Shown here in pieces: positions 34,584-43,061 of a stretch of DNA of 49,109 bases. The stretch is from Saprospiraceae bacterium (GTDB taxonomy: Bacteria > Bacteroidota > Bacteroidia > Chitinophagales > Saprospiraceae): contig JAHDEO010000002.1 of the NCBI GenBank assembly GCA_020628725.1, positions 1 to 49,109 of the forward strand. Reading direction: 5' to 3'. The notes beneath the pieces are model-generated. The model was not told where the DNA came from and did no database searches. It worked only from the letters and a program-made list of their open reading frames with translations. The translations under genes and the position numbers were made by a program. Within the stretch, counting starts at the first letter, position 1. The number at the start of each line of letters is the position of its first letter.

Positions 34584-36947
34584 GTGAGCGCGACAATTAC
34601 TTACACAGAAAAAGAATCGCATCCCGGAAAAATCGTGAATTATCAATTGCAGGATAATTATTGCGAATTTTTCGGCGAAAATGATTTGATACTACGTATT
34701 TACTTTATCAATGAACATATTTTGCGATTTCGGTATGCGATTGAGGGGTATTTTGAAAATGATTTTTCCTATGCCATCGACCCTAAATTTGAGCAAACGG
34801 ATGTAAAAGTGCGTTTGGAGGAATCCATAGATTATATTTTCCTTTATACGGAGCATTTGACTTGTCGTGTAGCAAAAGAGCATTTCAGTATTGCTGTATT
34901 GGATAGCAAAGGCATATTGCTGAACGAGGATGAAAAGGGTTTTCATTGGGAAAAAAACGAAGCACATGGCGGTTATATCGTACAAATGACCAAGCGGATA
35001 CAGGCAGGCGAAGCATTTTATGGATTGGGCGACAAACCGGTTGATTTCAACTTACGTGGCGGACGTTTTCAGAATTGGGGCACAGATGAATACGGTTACC
35101 AGCGCGGCGCAGACCCGCTATACAAAAACATCCCATTTTACTATGGTTTGCATGATGGTCGCGGCTACGGGATATTTTTTGATAATTCGTTTCGTTCGTA
35201 TTTTGATTTTGGAAAAGAACGGGCGAATGTAATGAGTTTTTGGGCGCAAGGCGGTGAGATGAATTACTACTTTGTCGCAGGTCCGCAGCTACTTGACGTA
35301 TGCGAACGCTACACACGCCTTACGGGTACGCCCGATATGCCACCCATGTGGGCATTGGGTTTTCAGCAGTGTAAATGGAGTTATTATCCCGAATCACAAG
35401 TCCGTGAAATTGCCACTAAATTCCGCGAATTGCAAATCCCTTGTGATGCCATTTATCTGGATATTGACTACATGGACGGCTTTCGCTGCTTTACTTGGGA
35501 TAAGGAAAAATTTCCTGACCCGAAAGGTATGGTCGCTGACCTCAAAGCCGATGGTTTTCAGACGATGGTGATTATTGACCCCGGTATCAAGAAGGATAAA
35601 AACTACCCGATTTTCACGGAAGCCCTCGAAAAAGGCTATTTCTGCCGACACACTGACGGACCTTTTGTGGAAGGCAAGGTGTGGCCCGGCGAATGTTATT
35701 TTCCCGACTTTACCCGTCCCGAAGTGCGTGATTGGTGGGCAGATTTGTATCAAGAACTTATCGAAGAAATCGGCATCGCAGGTGTCTGGAATGACATGAA
35801 CGAACCCGCCGTTTTTGAGGTCGAAAACAAGACCTTTCCCGATAATGTAGTATTCGATTATGACGGCAACCAAACCAGTCATCGAAAGGCACACAACGTC
35901 TATGGGATGCAAATGGCACGCGCTACCGCAAAAGGCGTAAAAAAATACCGCAACGGTAAGCGAACACTTATCATCACGCGGTCGGGCTACTCAGGTTTGC
36001 AACGCTATACCAGCGTGTGGACAGGCGACAACATTGCTACTTGGGAACACCTTTGGCTCGCTGGCGTACAGGCACAAAGATTGGCGGTATCAGGTATCTC
36101 ATTTGCGGGGTCGGATATTGGTGGTTTTATTGAGCAACCTACGGCTGAATTGATGGTGCGTTGGATTCAATTGGGTATTTTTCATCCCTTCTGTCGCGTC
36201 CATTCATCGGGCGATCATGGCGACCAAGAACCTTGGTCTTTTAGTGAAGAATGTACGCATTTATTTAAGCGGTTTGTGGAGTTGCGGTATCAGTTATTAC
36301 CTTACATTTATACGGCGTTTTATCGTTATCATAAAGAAGGAACACCGATGCTCACGCCGATTGTTTTTTACGACCAAACTGCGCCTAATATCAATGATAA
36401 AGACCATGAGTTTTTATGTGGTTCGCAGATATTGGTGTGTCCTGTGGTAGTGGAAAAAGCTACCAGTCGAAAGGTTTATCTCCCTAATGGTGAATGGTTT
36501 AATTTCTGGACGGATGAAAGACTGAAAGGTAGAAATGAATATGACGTTAAGTGTCCGCTTGACCAAATTCCGATGTTCGTAAAGGCGGGTGCGATAGTCC
36601 CGAATTATCCTATTCAACAATATGTCGGTGAAAAAGAAATCAAGGAAATCACACTACATATTTATTATAAAAATGGCATAGAAACGAGCGAGCTTTATGA
36701 GGATGATAAAGATACATTTGCCTACGAAAACGGCGCGTATCGTTTGTCTCAATTCAAATTAACGGGTGCAGATTCGCGCCTAAATATTGAGCAGCATATT
36801 GAAGGAGATTTCACTCCAAGTTTCAATAAATATTTACTCGAATTTCATGGTTTTCCTTTCACTGTGAATGAGGTGATTGTTGATGGCAAAAAAGTGAATG
36901 TGAAGGATGGTGTGGATGCGAATTTTGGGAAGTTGGAGGTTGTTTAG
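34584..36947 (+). CDS. Glycoside hydrolase family 31 alpha-glucosidase.
   Basis: 787 aa. The nucleophile region is GVWNDMNEP. It also has RSGYSGLQRYTSVWTGDN, the acid/base region FAGSDIGGF, and FHPFCRVHS. The start is GTG, with an in-frame TAA 6 nt upstream and no earlier ATG. There is no signal peptide. Confidence 0.92.
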   Translation: MSATITYTEKESHPGKIVNYQLQDNYCEFFGENDLILRIYFINEHILRFRYAIEGYFENDFSYAIDPKFEQTDVKVRLEESIDYIFLYTEHLTCRVAKEHFSIAVLDSKGILLNEDEKGFHWEKNEAHGGYIVQMTKRIQAGEAFYGLGDKPVDFNLRGGRFQNWGTDEYGYQRGADPLYKNIPFYYGLHDGRGYGIFFDNSFRSYFDFGKERANVMSFWAQGGEMNYYFVAGPQLLDVCERYTRLTGTPDMPPMWALGFQQCKWSYYPESQVREIATKFRELQIPCDAIYLDIDYMDGFRCFTWDKEKFPDPKGMVADLKADGFQTMVIIDPGIKKDKNYPIFTEALEKGYFCRHTDGPFVEGKVWPGECYFPDFTRPEVRDWWADLYQELIEEIGIAGVWNDMNEPAVFEVENKTFPDNVVFDYDGNQTSHRKAHNVYGMQMARATAKGVKKYRNGKRTLIITRSGYSGLQRYTSVWTGDNIATWEHLWLAGVQAQRLAVSGISFAGSDIGGFIEQPTAELMVRWIQLGIFHPFCRVHSSGDHGDQEPWSFSEECTHLFKRFVELRYQLLPYIYTAFYRYHKEGTPMLTPIVFYDQTAPNINDKDHEFLCGSQILVCPVVVEKATSRKVYLPNGEWFNFWTDERLKGRNEYDVKCPLDQIPMFVKAGAIVPNYPIQQYVGEKEIKEITLHIYYKNGIETSELYEDDKDTFAYENGAYRLSQFKLTGADSRLNIEQHIEGDFTPSFNKYLLEFHGFPFTVNEVIVDGKKVNVKDGVDANFGKLEVV

Positions 36948-36974
36948 TGCTTCAATTCATAAGTAATTGAAGCA
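36948..36974. terminator. Bidirectional stem-loop between convergent genes.
   Basis: tgcttcaatt (36948-36957) is perfectly complementary to aattgaagca (36965-36974). The loop is 7 nt (cataagt). The stem starts directly after the GH31 stop. Confidence 0.7.
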
Positions 36975-37016
36975 TTATAGGCTCGTTTAAAATTACAAAA
37001 GCCATAACAAGCTCAT

Positions 37017-37376
37017 TTACCATACCGGAAAAAATGCATCTCGAAAATGCCGAATTTCCATATCCGGTTCTATCGTAATCGCTATAATATCAAAGCGAAT
37101 TTCGCCCTCATGCCCAATTTCGCGGGTATAGAAAACGGCGGCTTCCATCATTAGTTTTTCCTTCTTGGCGGTTACACCTTCTTCCGGGTAGCCAAACACA
37201 CTGTTTTGCCTTGTCTTGACTTCTACGAAAATGATAACACCACGTTTTCGAGCAATCAAATCCACTTCAGCCTTACCTACCGTCCAATTAGTTTCGAGAA
37301 TCTCGTAACCTTTTTTTAGTAGGAAAAGTCGGGCGAGGTATTCGCCTTGCTTACCGAGTTCATTGTGTGCAGCCAT
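37017..37376 (-). CDS. yraN: YraN-family (UPF0102) endonuclease-like protein.
   Basis: 119 aa. G..GE..A..FL...GY.IL..NW....(A)E(V)DLIA......IFVEVKTR.......P......KK......A...Y is the typical UPF0102 pattern. Confidence 0.85.
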   Translation of the reverse strand: MAAHNELGKQGEYLARLFLLKKGYEILETNWTVGKAEVDLIARKRGVIIFVEVKTRQNSVFGYPEEGVTAKKEKLMMEAAVFYTREIGHEGEIRFDIIAITIEPDMEIRHFRDAFFPVW

Positions 37377-37401
37377 ACGTTAGTGATTCGCCAATTCGTG
37401 G

Positions 37402-37479
37402 ATTCGTTGACTCGTTTATTGTATATTTGTGTATTCGTTTGTAAGATACGAATGATACACGAATAACGAGTCAACGAAT
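37402..37479. other. Hairpin in the divergent yraN/dacB promoter region (ATTCG-type units).
   Basis: attcgttgactcgtt (37402-37416) is perfectly complementary to aacgagtcaacgaat (37465-37479). An inner gtgtattcgt/acgaat(ga)tacac pairing also forms. attcg recurs four times on the left side. Confidence 0.6.
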
Positions 37480-37496
37480 AACAAATAACAAAAATC

Positions 37497-38957
37497 ATGC
37501 TTCGCATTCCAATTATATTCCTTGTATTTCTTTCTTTTTTTGCGGGAAATATCAACGCACAAAACCAACTCCAAAAAGCCATCACCCAACTCGCCAATGA
37601 TGCCGACCTCAAACACGCAGGTTTCGGTTTCTGTGTGATTGATGTCAATGAAAATAAAATTATTGCAGCGCATAATGCTGATTTAGCCCTTATCCCTGCT
37701 TCCTCTCTAAAGGTAGTGACAACCGCTACGGCATTAGGCGTATTAGGAGCTGATTATCAATTCAAAACGACGCTCGAATACGATGGCAATATTCTTCCCG
37801 ACGGTACACTTCGCGGCAATCTCTATATCAAAGGCTACGGCGACCCGACCCTCGCTTCACACGAAATGGAAGGCGTCAAAGGTTTCGATGAATTGATGCA
37901 AAACTTCGCGGATGCGGTCAAACGTGCAGGTATCAAAAGCATCGAAGGTTACGTAGTCGGCGATGCCTCTTTCTTTGAAACAGCAGCTACGGGACGTACT
38001 TGGATTTGGGAAGATATGGGTAATTACTACGCAGGCGGCGCACATGGTTTGAATATTCACGAGAACCTATATTATCTTGATTTTCAACAATTTTCTAAAC
38101 TCAATCAAGCTCCGCGCGCTACCGCTACACGTCCACATGTGCCCGATATGCGATTCATCAACGAGTTGCAATCAGCAGGAGCCAATTCAGGGGATAACGC
38201 TTACATCTTCGGCGCACCTTACACACGTACACGCTATATACGCGGCACATTACCCATTGGAGCGGGAACATTTACCATCAAAGGCTCACTACCCGAACCT
38301 GCTCATTTTGCCGCTTACCATTTAGCCAAAACCTTAGAAAAGAATGGCATTTATACAGGTATGTGTGTTTCCTCACAACGTGTTTTCAAAGAAAATAAAA
38401 ACAAAAAACGCCGCGTTATTTTTACCAATACCTCTCCCCCACTCCGCAACATAGTTGAGCGCGCCAACGTAAAAAGTGTTAACTTATACTGCGAAAGTCT
38501 ACTCAAAACAATGGGCGCAGAAAAACAAGGGAAAGGCACGACCGAAGCGGGTTTGGAGGTGATTAAAAATTATTGGACAGAGCGCGGTGTAGATATGTCG
38601 GGCTTTGTGATGCGTGATGGTAGCGGACTTTCTCCACGCAATGCCGTTTCCACAAAACACTTAGCACAAATCATGCGAAAAGTCGCCAAAAATCCCGCGA
38701 TTTATAAGGATTTTAATGCTTCACTATCCGTTGCAGGAAAAAGTGGTTCATTGAAAAATATGTTAGCAGGAACAGGCGCAGCAGGAAATTTTCGAGCGAA
38801 AAGCGGTTACATGGATAAAGTCCGAAGTTACACAGGATACGTCAAAAGTAAGTCGGGTAAATTGATGGCGTTTTCTATTATTGTCAATAATTATTCAGGC
38901 GGCGCAGGAGCGATGCGTAAGAAAATGGAGAAAGTGATGGCAGCTATGGCGGAGTGA
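37497..38957 (+). CDS. dacB: D-alanyl-D-alanine carboxypeptidase/endopeptidase (PBP4, peptidase S13).
   Basis: 486 aa with a signal peptide. It has SxxK (PASSLKV), the family hallmark DGSGLSPRN, and a KTG-equivalent KSG (FRAKSGYM). Confidence 0.9.
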   Translation: MLRIPIIFLVFLSFFAGNINAQNQLQKAITQLANDADLKHAGFGFCVIDVNENKIIAAHNADLALIPASSLKVVTTATALGVLGADYQFKTTLEYDGNILPDGTLRGNLYIKGYGDPTLASHEMEGVKGFDELMQNFADAVKRAGIKSIEGYVVGDASFFETAATGRTWIWEDMGNYYAGGAHGLNIHENLYYLDFQQFSKLNQAPRATATRPHVPDMRFINELQSAGANSGDNAYIFGAPYTRTRYIRGTLPIGAGTFTIKGSLPEPAHFAAYHLAKTLEKNGIYTGMCVSSQRVFKENKNKKRRVIFTNTSPPLRNIVERANVKSVNLYCESLLKTMGAEKQGKGTTEAGLEVIKNYWTERGVDMSGFVMRDGSGLSPRNAVSTKHLAQIMRKVAKNPAIYKDFNASLSVAGKSGSLKNMLAGTGAAGNFRAKSGYMDKVRSYTGYVKSKSGKLMAFSIIVNNYSGGAGAMRKKMEKVMAAMAE

Positions 38958-38959
38958 TT

Positions 38960-39081
38960 GGTTTTATTTAGTTTATTAGGTTTATTGAGTTCACTAAGTT
39001 TATAAGGACTTTTCGTTTTGCTATGCAAAACTAAACTATCTACCTAATGAACTCAATAAACCTAATAAACCAAATAAACTC
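38960..39081 (+). other. Intercistronic hairpin built of 9-nt GTTTATTAG/AATAAACCT units.
   Basis: tttattaggtttattgagttca (38972-38993) is perfectly complementary (22 bp) to tgaactcaataaacctaataaa (39048-39069). Pairing extends to about 31 bp. An inner ttttgc-tat-gcaaaa hairpin is present. The structure ends 9 nt before the ATG at 39090. Confidence 0.7.
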
Positions 39082-39089
39082 TACTAAAG

Positions 39090-39518
39090 ATGAAATACAT
39101 ATTTTCCATACTTTTACTCCTAACGATTTCGGTAGAATTTGGTTGTGCCTCATTCCACAAGACACCTTTATCCAGCCTATACTGGTTGCAGGGTGAATGG
39201 AAAGGTGTAGGACTACAACTCGATTTTCCACAATCATGGACTATCATATTAGATGTAGAAGACAACCAATTCGGCGTGCGCTATCCTACAATGGATTGTA
39301 GCGGCGAATGGAAAATGTTGCACCACAATCGCAATCGTGCTACCTTTATCGAAGTCATTTGGCAAGGACGTAGCAACTGCACCAACAATGGCAAAATCGT
39401 CGTCACCTATATCGACCAATACCATATTTCATACAGCTATTTTTCAGGCGAAACAGGCAAACTCGAAGCCTCTGCCACCCTGATCAATACCGCTTACCGC
39501 AATACACTCAGAACCTGA
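39090..39518 (+). CDS. Hypothetical small secreted protein or lipoprotein.
   Basis: 142 aa. It has a signal peptide (MKYIFSILLLLTISVEFGCAS) with a possible lipidation Cys. I recognise no family. Confidence 0.55.
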   Translation: MKYIFSILLLLTISVEFGCASFHKTPLSSLYWLQGEWKGVGLQLDFPQSWTIILDVEDNQFGVRYPTMDCSGEWKMLHHNRNRATFIEVIWQGRSNCTNNGKIVVTYIDQYHISYSYFSGETGKLEASATLINTAYRNTLRT

Positions 39519-39519
39519 G

Positions 39520-39608
39520 CAAATTCCAAATCCCAAGCTCCAAATTCCAAAAAATACTCTACAGAAATACGTTTGAATTGAATTTTGGGATTTGGAATTT
39601 GGAATTTG
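39520..39608 (+). other. Hairpin of AAATTCC/TTGGAAT heptamers (same motif family as the 36-nt element).
   Basis: caaattccaaatcccaa (39520-39536) is perfectly complementary to ttgggatttggaatttg (39585-39601). The left arm is five heptamers: aaattcc aaatccc aagctcc aaattcc aaaaaat. It starts 2 nt after the upstream stop and ends 26 nt before the ATG at 39634. Confidence 0.7.
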
Positions 39609-39633
39609 ATTAACTTTGCCGCAACAGACGCGA

Positions 39634-42600
39634 ATGTCTGTATTACGTTACATGTTACATCATCTTGCACCGGAATTATATAAATATTTCCTCAAAATAC
39701 ACAACATTCACGATGAGCCGCGCGATGCGGTAAGCGAGTTGTATCAGTGGTTCAACAATTTCTTTTTGCAATTGGCGCAGGATGAAAACTTGTACTTTAC
39801 CACACACTTTGCGCGCATTGCATATGTGTGTCACAAGCGCAAGATTTCCAATGATTTACAATGGAAAATCCATCATTACAGGCGTTTGAGTCAAGAGATT
39901 TTTTATTATGAGAAATCATTTACAAATGATGAATATCGTGCTTGTTATCAAGTCGTGGCTGAGTGTGTAGCGGAGATGTCAGAGGTTGAAATTCCCGATG
40001 AATTACGCGCTATATTCCCCGAAAAAGAAGTATTCACACGCACTCCATTAAATATCGTCAAACACCGTGATAAAATCCGCGTAGTGGTCTTAGAAAATGA
40101 CCATGAAAATCGTGCTTTCCTCGTTCGTGAAGACAATCCTGAACAAACTCAACCTGTTCTCGTCCGTTATAATATTCCGGGTATCAATGAAGCATTTGAA
40201 CAAACGATTCATCGAATAGATTCGGTGTGGCGCAATCAAGTCACACTCAATCTCGTGGATGTACTCGTGGAGGAAGACGGGACATATCTGCCGCGTATTT
40301 TTATCATCGAACCGGATGTGCTGTTTGATGTGACTGCTGTTTCGGAATGTTTTCAACCCTTTGGTACAGAGCCTCTTCTGTATCTGATGAAAAAGTTTTT
40401 GCCCTTTGCATCTTCCATGCCTATCTTGTTGGGAAATGCTGTTAATCACCTCCTCGATGAATTGATGACCGACCCCGAAGCTGATTTTATTACCACATTC
40501 AAACAAGCATTTCACCTTTCGCCGCTGCAATATTCGATGTATGACGACAAGGAAATCAGAGGCATGGCGCACAAGGCGCGACAACATTTTAGTCATTTAC
40601 GCCAAGTCGTCAAAGAAACCCTGCCTGAGCAATCCGTCGAAGTCGAACATTGCTTTTTAGAGCCGGGTTTTTATTCGGAGAAATATGGAATGCAAGGTCG
40701 TCTCGACATCTGGCACAACAACCCCGAACAGGATGAATACGCTATCGTCGAACTCAAATCGGGCAGTCCTTTTCGTCCGAATCGGCATGGATTGAGTGGG
40801 AGTCATTATACGCAAACTCTGTTGTATGATTTGTTGGTGCGCTCCGTTTATGGTGAAGCGACCAAGACGGGTTTGTATATTTTATATTCCAAATTGGCAG
40901 AAAATCCATTGAAGTTTGCACCGCCCGAAGCCGTGCTCCAACATGAAGCTTTAAATGTTCGTAATCAATTAATTACGCTGGAAGAAAACCTCATTCGACT
41001 GGATAAACGCGACTACTCGGAGCGTACGATTTTGGATAGAATTACGCCTGAAAAATTTGTACGCTCATCGGGCTTCACCAAAAAAGATGTCAATTATTTT
41101 TCGGAAGTTTTAGGTAGAATGAGTGCATTGGAACGCGCTTATTTTCTCTCCTTCACTGCTTTCATTGCTCGTGAACATCGCTACGCCAAAACAGGCATTG
41201 ACGGAAATGATAAATCCGGTGGTTTGGCTGCTCTCTGGCGTAGTCCATTTAAATCAAAACAAGAGAATTTTGACATCATTAATCATTTAAAAATAATAGA
41301 AAATCACTCACGTGAAGATGAGCCATATTTGATATTTGAAAAAACAGAAATGACTGCACCGCTTGCCAATTTTCGCGAAGGCGATATTGCGGTTTTGTAT
41401 CCGACACAGACGGATGATTGCACCGTTCTCACCAATCAAATTTTTAAGTGTAATATCATCGAAATGAAAGGGGAACGGGTCTTGGTCGGTTTGCGTTCCA
41501 AGCAATTTAATGACAGCCTTTTCCGCGAAGAAAAATACTGGAACCTCGAACATGATTTGCTCGATAGCAGCTATACGACTTTGTATCGAAATTTGTTTGC
41601 GTTTGTACAATTTCCTGAAAGAAAAAAGAAAGTTTTATTGGGACTACAAGCACCCGAACAAGCTGAAATTGAGGATATTGAGTATAATCCAAAATTAAGC
41701 GAAGAACAAGGACGCATCCTCGAAAAAGCCCTTTCTGCAAAGGATTATTTCCTGCTTATCGGTCCTCCGGGAACGGGTAAGACGAAGTTTATGTTGCGAG
41801 AAATGGTCAAGCACATTCTCACGAAAACTTCCGAAAATATCCTGCTACTTGCTTATACAAATCGCGCCGTCGATGAGATTTGTGAAGCGATTGATGATTT
41901 CGCAAGCGAGGATTATATGCGTATCGGTTCGCGGCATGGTACGGCTGCGGAGTATCGTCCGCGTTTGTTTAAAGAAAAAATAAAAGAGGTGACTACGCGC
42001 GCAGGTTTGCGTGAGGTGATTGCGGCGCATCGCATTGTGATTTCTACGGTTACGTCAATGGGGAATCGTCCGCAACTGCTTGAATTAAAGCGATTTGACC
42101 GTGTGATTATTGATGAGGCTTCGCAAATTTTGGAGCCGATGTTGGTGGGTTTATTGCCGCGTTTGCCGCGATTTATTTTGATTGGCGACCATAAGCAATT
42201 GCCCGCAGTCGTGGTACAAAGTAAGGATGAATCTGCGGTAAGTGATGTATCTTTATTGGAAATTGGATTGCACAATCGCCGCAATTCGCTCTTTGAACGT
42301 TTGTATCATTTATGCGAAAAAAATAAGTGGACATGGGCATACGATATGCTCACGCATCAAGGCAGAATGCACCAAGAGATTTCGGAATTTCCGAACCAAT
42401 ATTTTTATAATGGTGAATTAAAATTATTGCCCGAAGATTGTGCGGTAGGCGTGTGGCAGAGTGAGCCTTTACAATTTAAAAAGATGCCCTCCTCCCCTAC
42501 TCCATTGGAAAAGATGATTGCCGAAAAGCGTGTCATTTACATTCCAACAGAAATAGAACGCGGCGGTCAGTCGAATAAAATCAATACGCACGAATCGCGT

Positions 42601-43014
42601 TTAGTGGTCGAGTTAATTCATTCATTTAAAAATATTTACAAAAAAAACAATTTAGAATTTAATTCAAATACGCTTGGTGTAATTACCCCATATCGCGCTC
42701 AAATTGCCGAAATAAAAAACGTTCTCCAACAAATGAATAACCCTGAATTGGACAAGATTACGGTGGATACGGTGGAGCGTTATCAAGGCGGTGCGCGGGA
42801 TATTATCATCATCTCGCTCTGCCTCAATGCAGCCTATCAAATGGAGACGCTCGTCTCGATGTCTGATGATAAAAAAGTGGACAGAAAACTGAATGTGGCA
42901 CTCACGCGGGCGCGTAAGCATTTGGTAATTTTGGGGAATCGGGAATTGATGGGTCTGAATGGGGTTTATCGGGGCTTGGTGGAGTTTTTGGAGGGAAATG
43001 TTGCGAAAATTTAA
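39634..43014 (+). CDS. Dna2-like fusion of a RecB-family PD-(D/E)XK nuclease domain and an SF1B (Upf1/Dna2-type) helicase.
   Basis: I trimmed the start from TTG 39616 to ATG 39634. Nuclease motifs: GRLDIW, IVELKSG, YTQTLLY (QxxxY). Helicase motifs: LLIGPPGTGKT (I), VIIDEASQ (II), LIGDHKQLPAVV (III), VERYQGGARDIIIIS (V), LNVALTRARKHLVILG (VI). The N-terminal ~340 aa has no recognisable motif. Confidence 0.85.
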   Translation: MSVLRYMLHHLAPELYKYFLKIHNIHDEPRDAVSELYQWFNNFFLQLAQDENLYFTTHFARIAYVCHKRKISNDLQWKIHHYRRLSQEIFYYEKSFTNDEYRACYQVVAECVAEMSEVEIPDELRAIFPEKEVFTRTPLNIVKHRDKIRVVVLENDHENRAFLVREDNPEQTQPVLVRYNIPGINEAFEQTIHRIDSVWRNQVTLNLVDVLVEEDGTYLPRIFIIEPDVLFDVTAVSECFQPFGTEPLLYLMKKFLPFASSMPILLGNAVNHLLDELMTDPEADFITTFKQAFHLSPLQYSMYDDKEIRGMAHKARQHFSHLRQVVKETLPEQSVEVEHCFLEPGFYSEKYGMQGRLDIWHNNPEQDEYAIVELKSGSPFRPNRHGLSGSHYTQTLLYDLLVRSVYGEATKTGLYILYSKLAENPLKFAPPEAVLQHEALNVRNQLITLEENLIRLDKRDYSERTILDRITPEKFVRSSGFTKKDVNYFSEVLGRMSALERAYFLSFTAFIAREHRYAKTGIDGNDKSGGLAALWRSPFKSKQENFDIINHLKIIENHSREDEPYLIFEKTEMTAPLANFREGDIAVLYPTQTDDCTVLTNQIFKCNIIEMKGERVLVGLRSKQFNDSLFREEKYWNLEHDLLDSSYTTLYRNLFAFVQFPERKKKVLLGLQAPEQAEIEDIEYNPKLSEEQGRILEKALSAKDYFLLIGPPGTGKTKFMLREMVKHILTKTSENILLLAYTNRAVDEICEAIDDFASEDYMRIGSRHGTAAEYRPRLFKEKIKEVTTRAGLREVIAAHRIVISTVTSMGNRPQLLELKRFDRVIIDEASQILEPMLVGLLPRLPRFILIGDHKQLPAVVVQSKDESAVSDVSLLEIGLHNRRNSLFERLYHLCEKNKWTWAYDMLTHQGRMHQEISEFPNQYFYNGELKLLPEDCAVGVWQSEPLQFKKMPSSPTPLEKMIAEKRVIYIPTEIERGGQSNKINTHESRLVVELIHSFKNIYKKNNLEFNSNTLGVITPYRAQIAEIKNVLQQMNNPELDKITVDTVERYQGGARDIIIISLCLNAAYQMETLVSMSDDKKVDRKLNVALTRARKHLVILGNRELMGLNGVYRGLVEFLEGNVAKI

Positions 43015-43061
43015 ATATATTTTCTACCTTCAAACCCTAATTATCAAACATCTGAAATCCA

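Noticed and set aside
37316-37673. Minus-strand ORFs of 110 and 85 aa spanning the yraN-dacB divergent region and the dacB 5' end.
   Set aside because: They overlap the yraN start, the promoter hairpin and the dacB signal-peptide region. Their translations are featureless. dacB and yraN account for the coding capacity.
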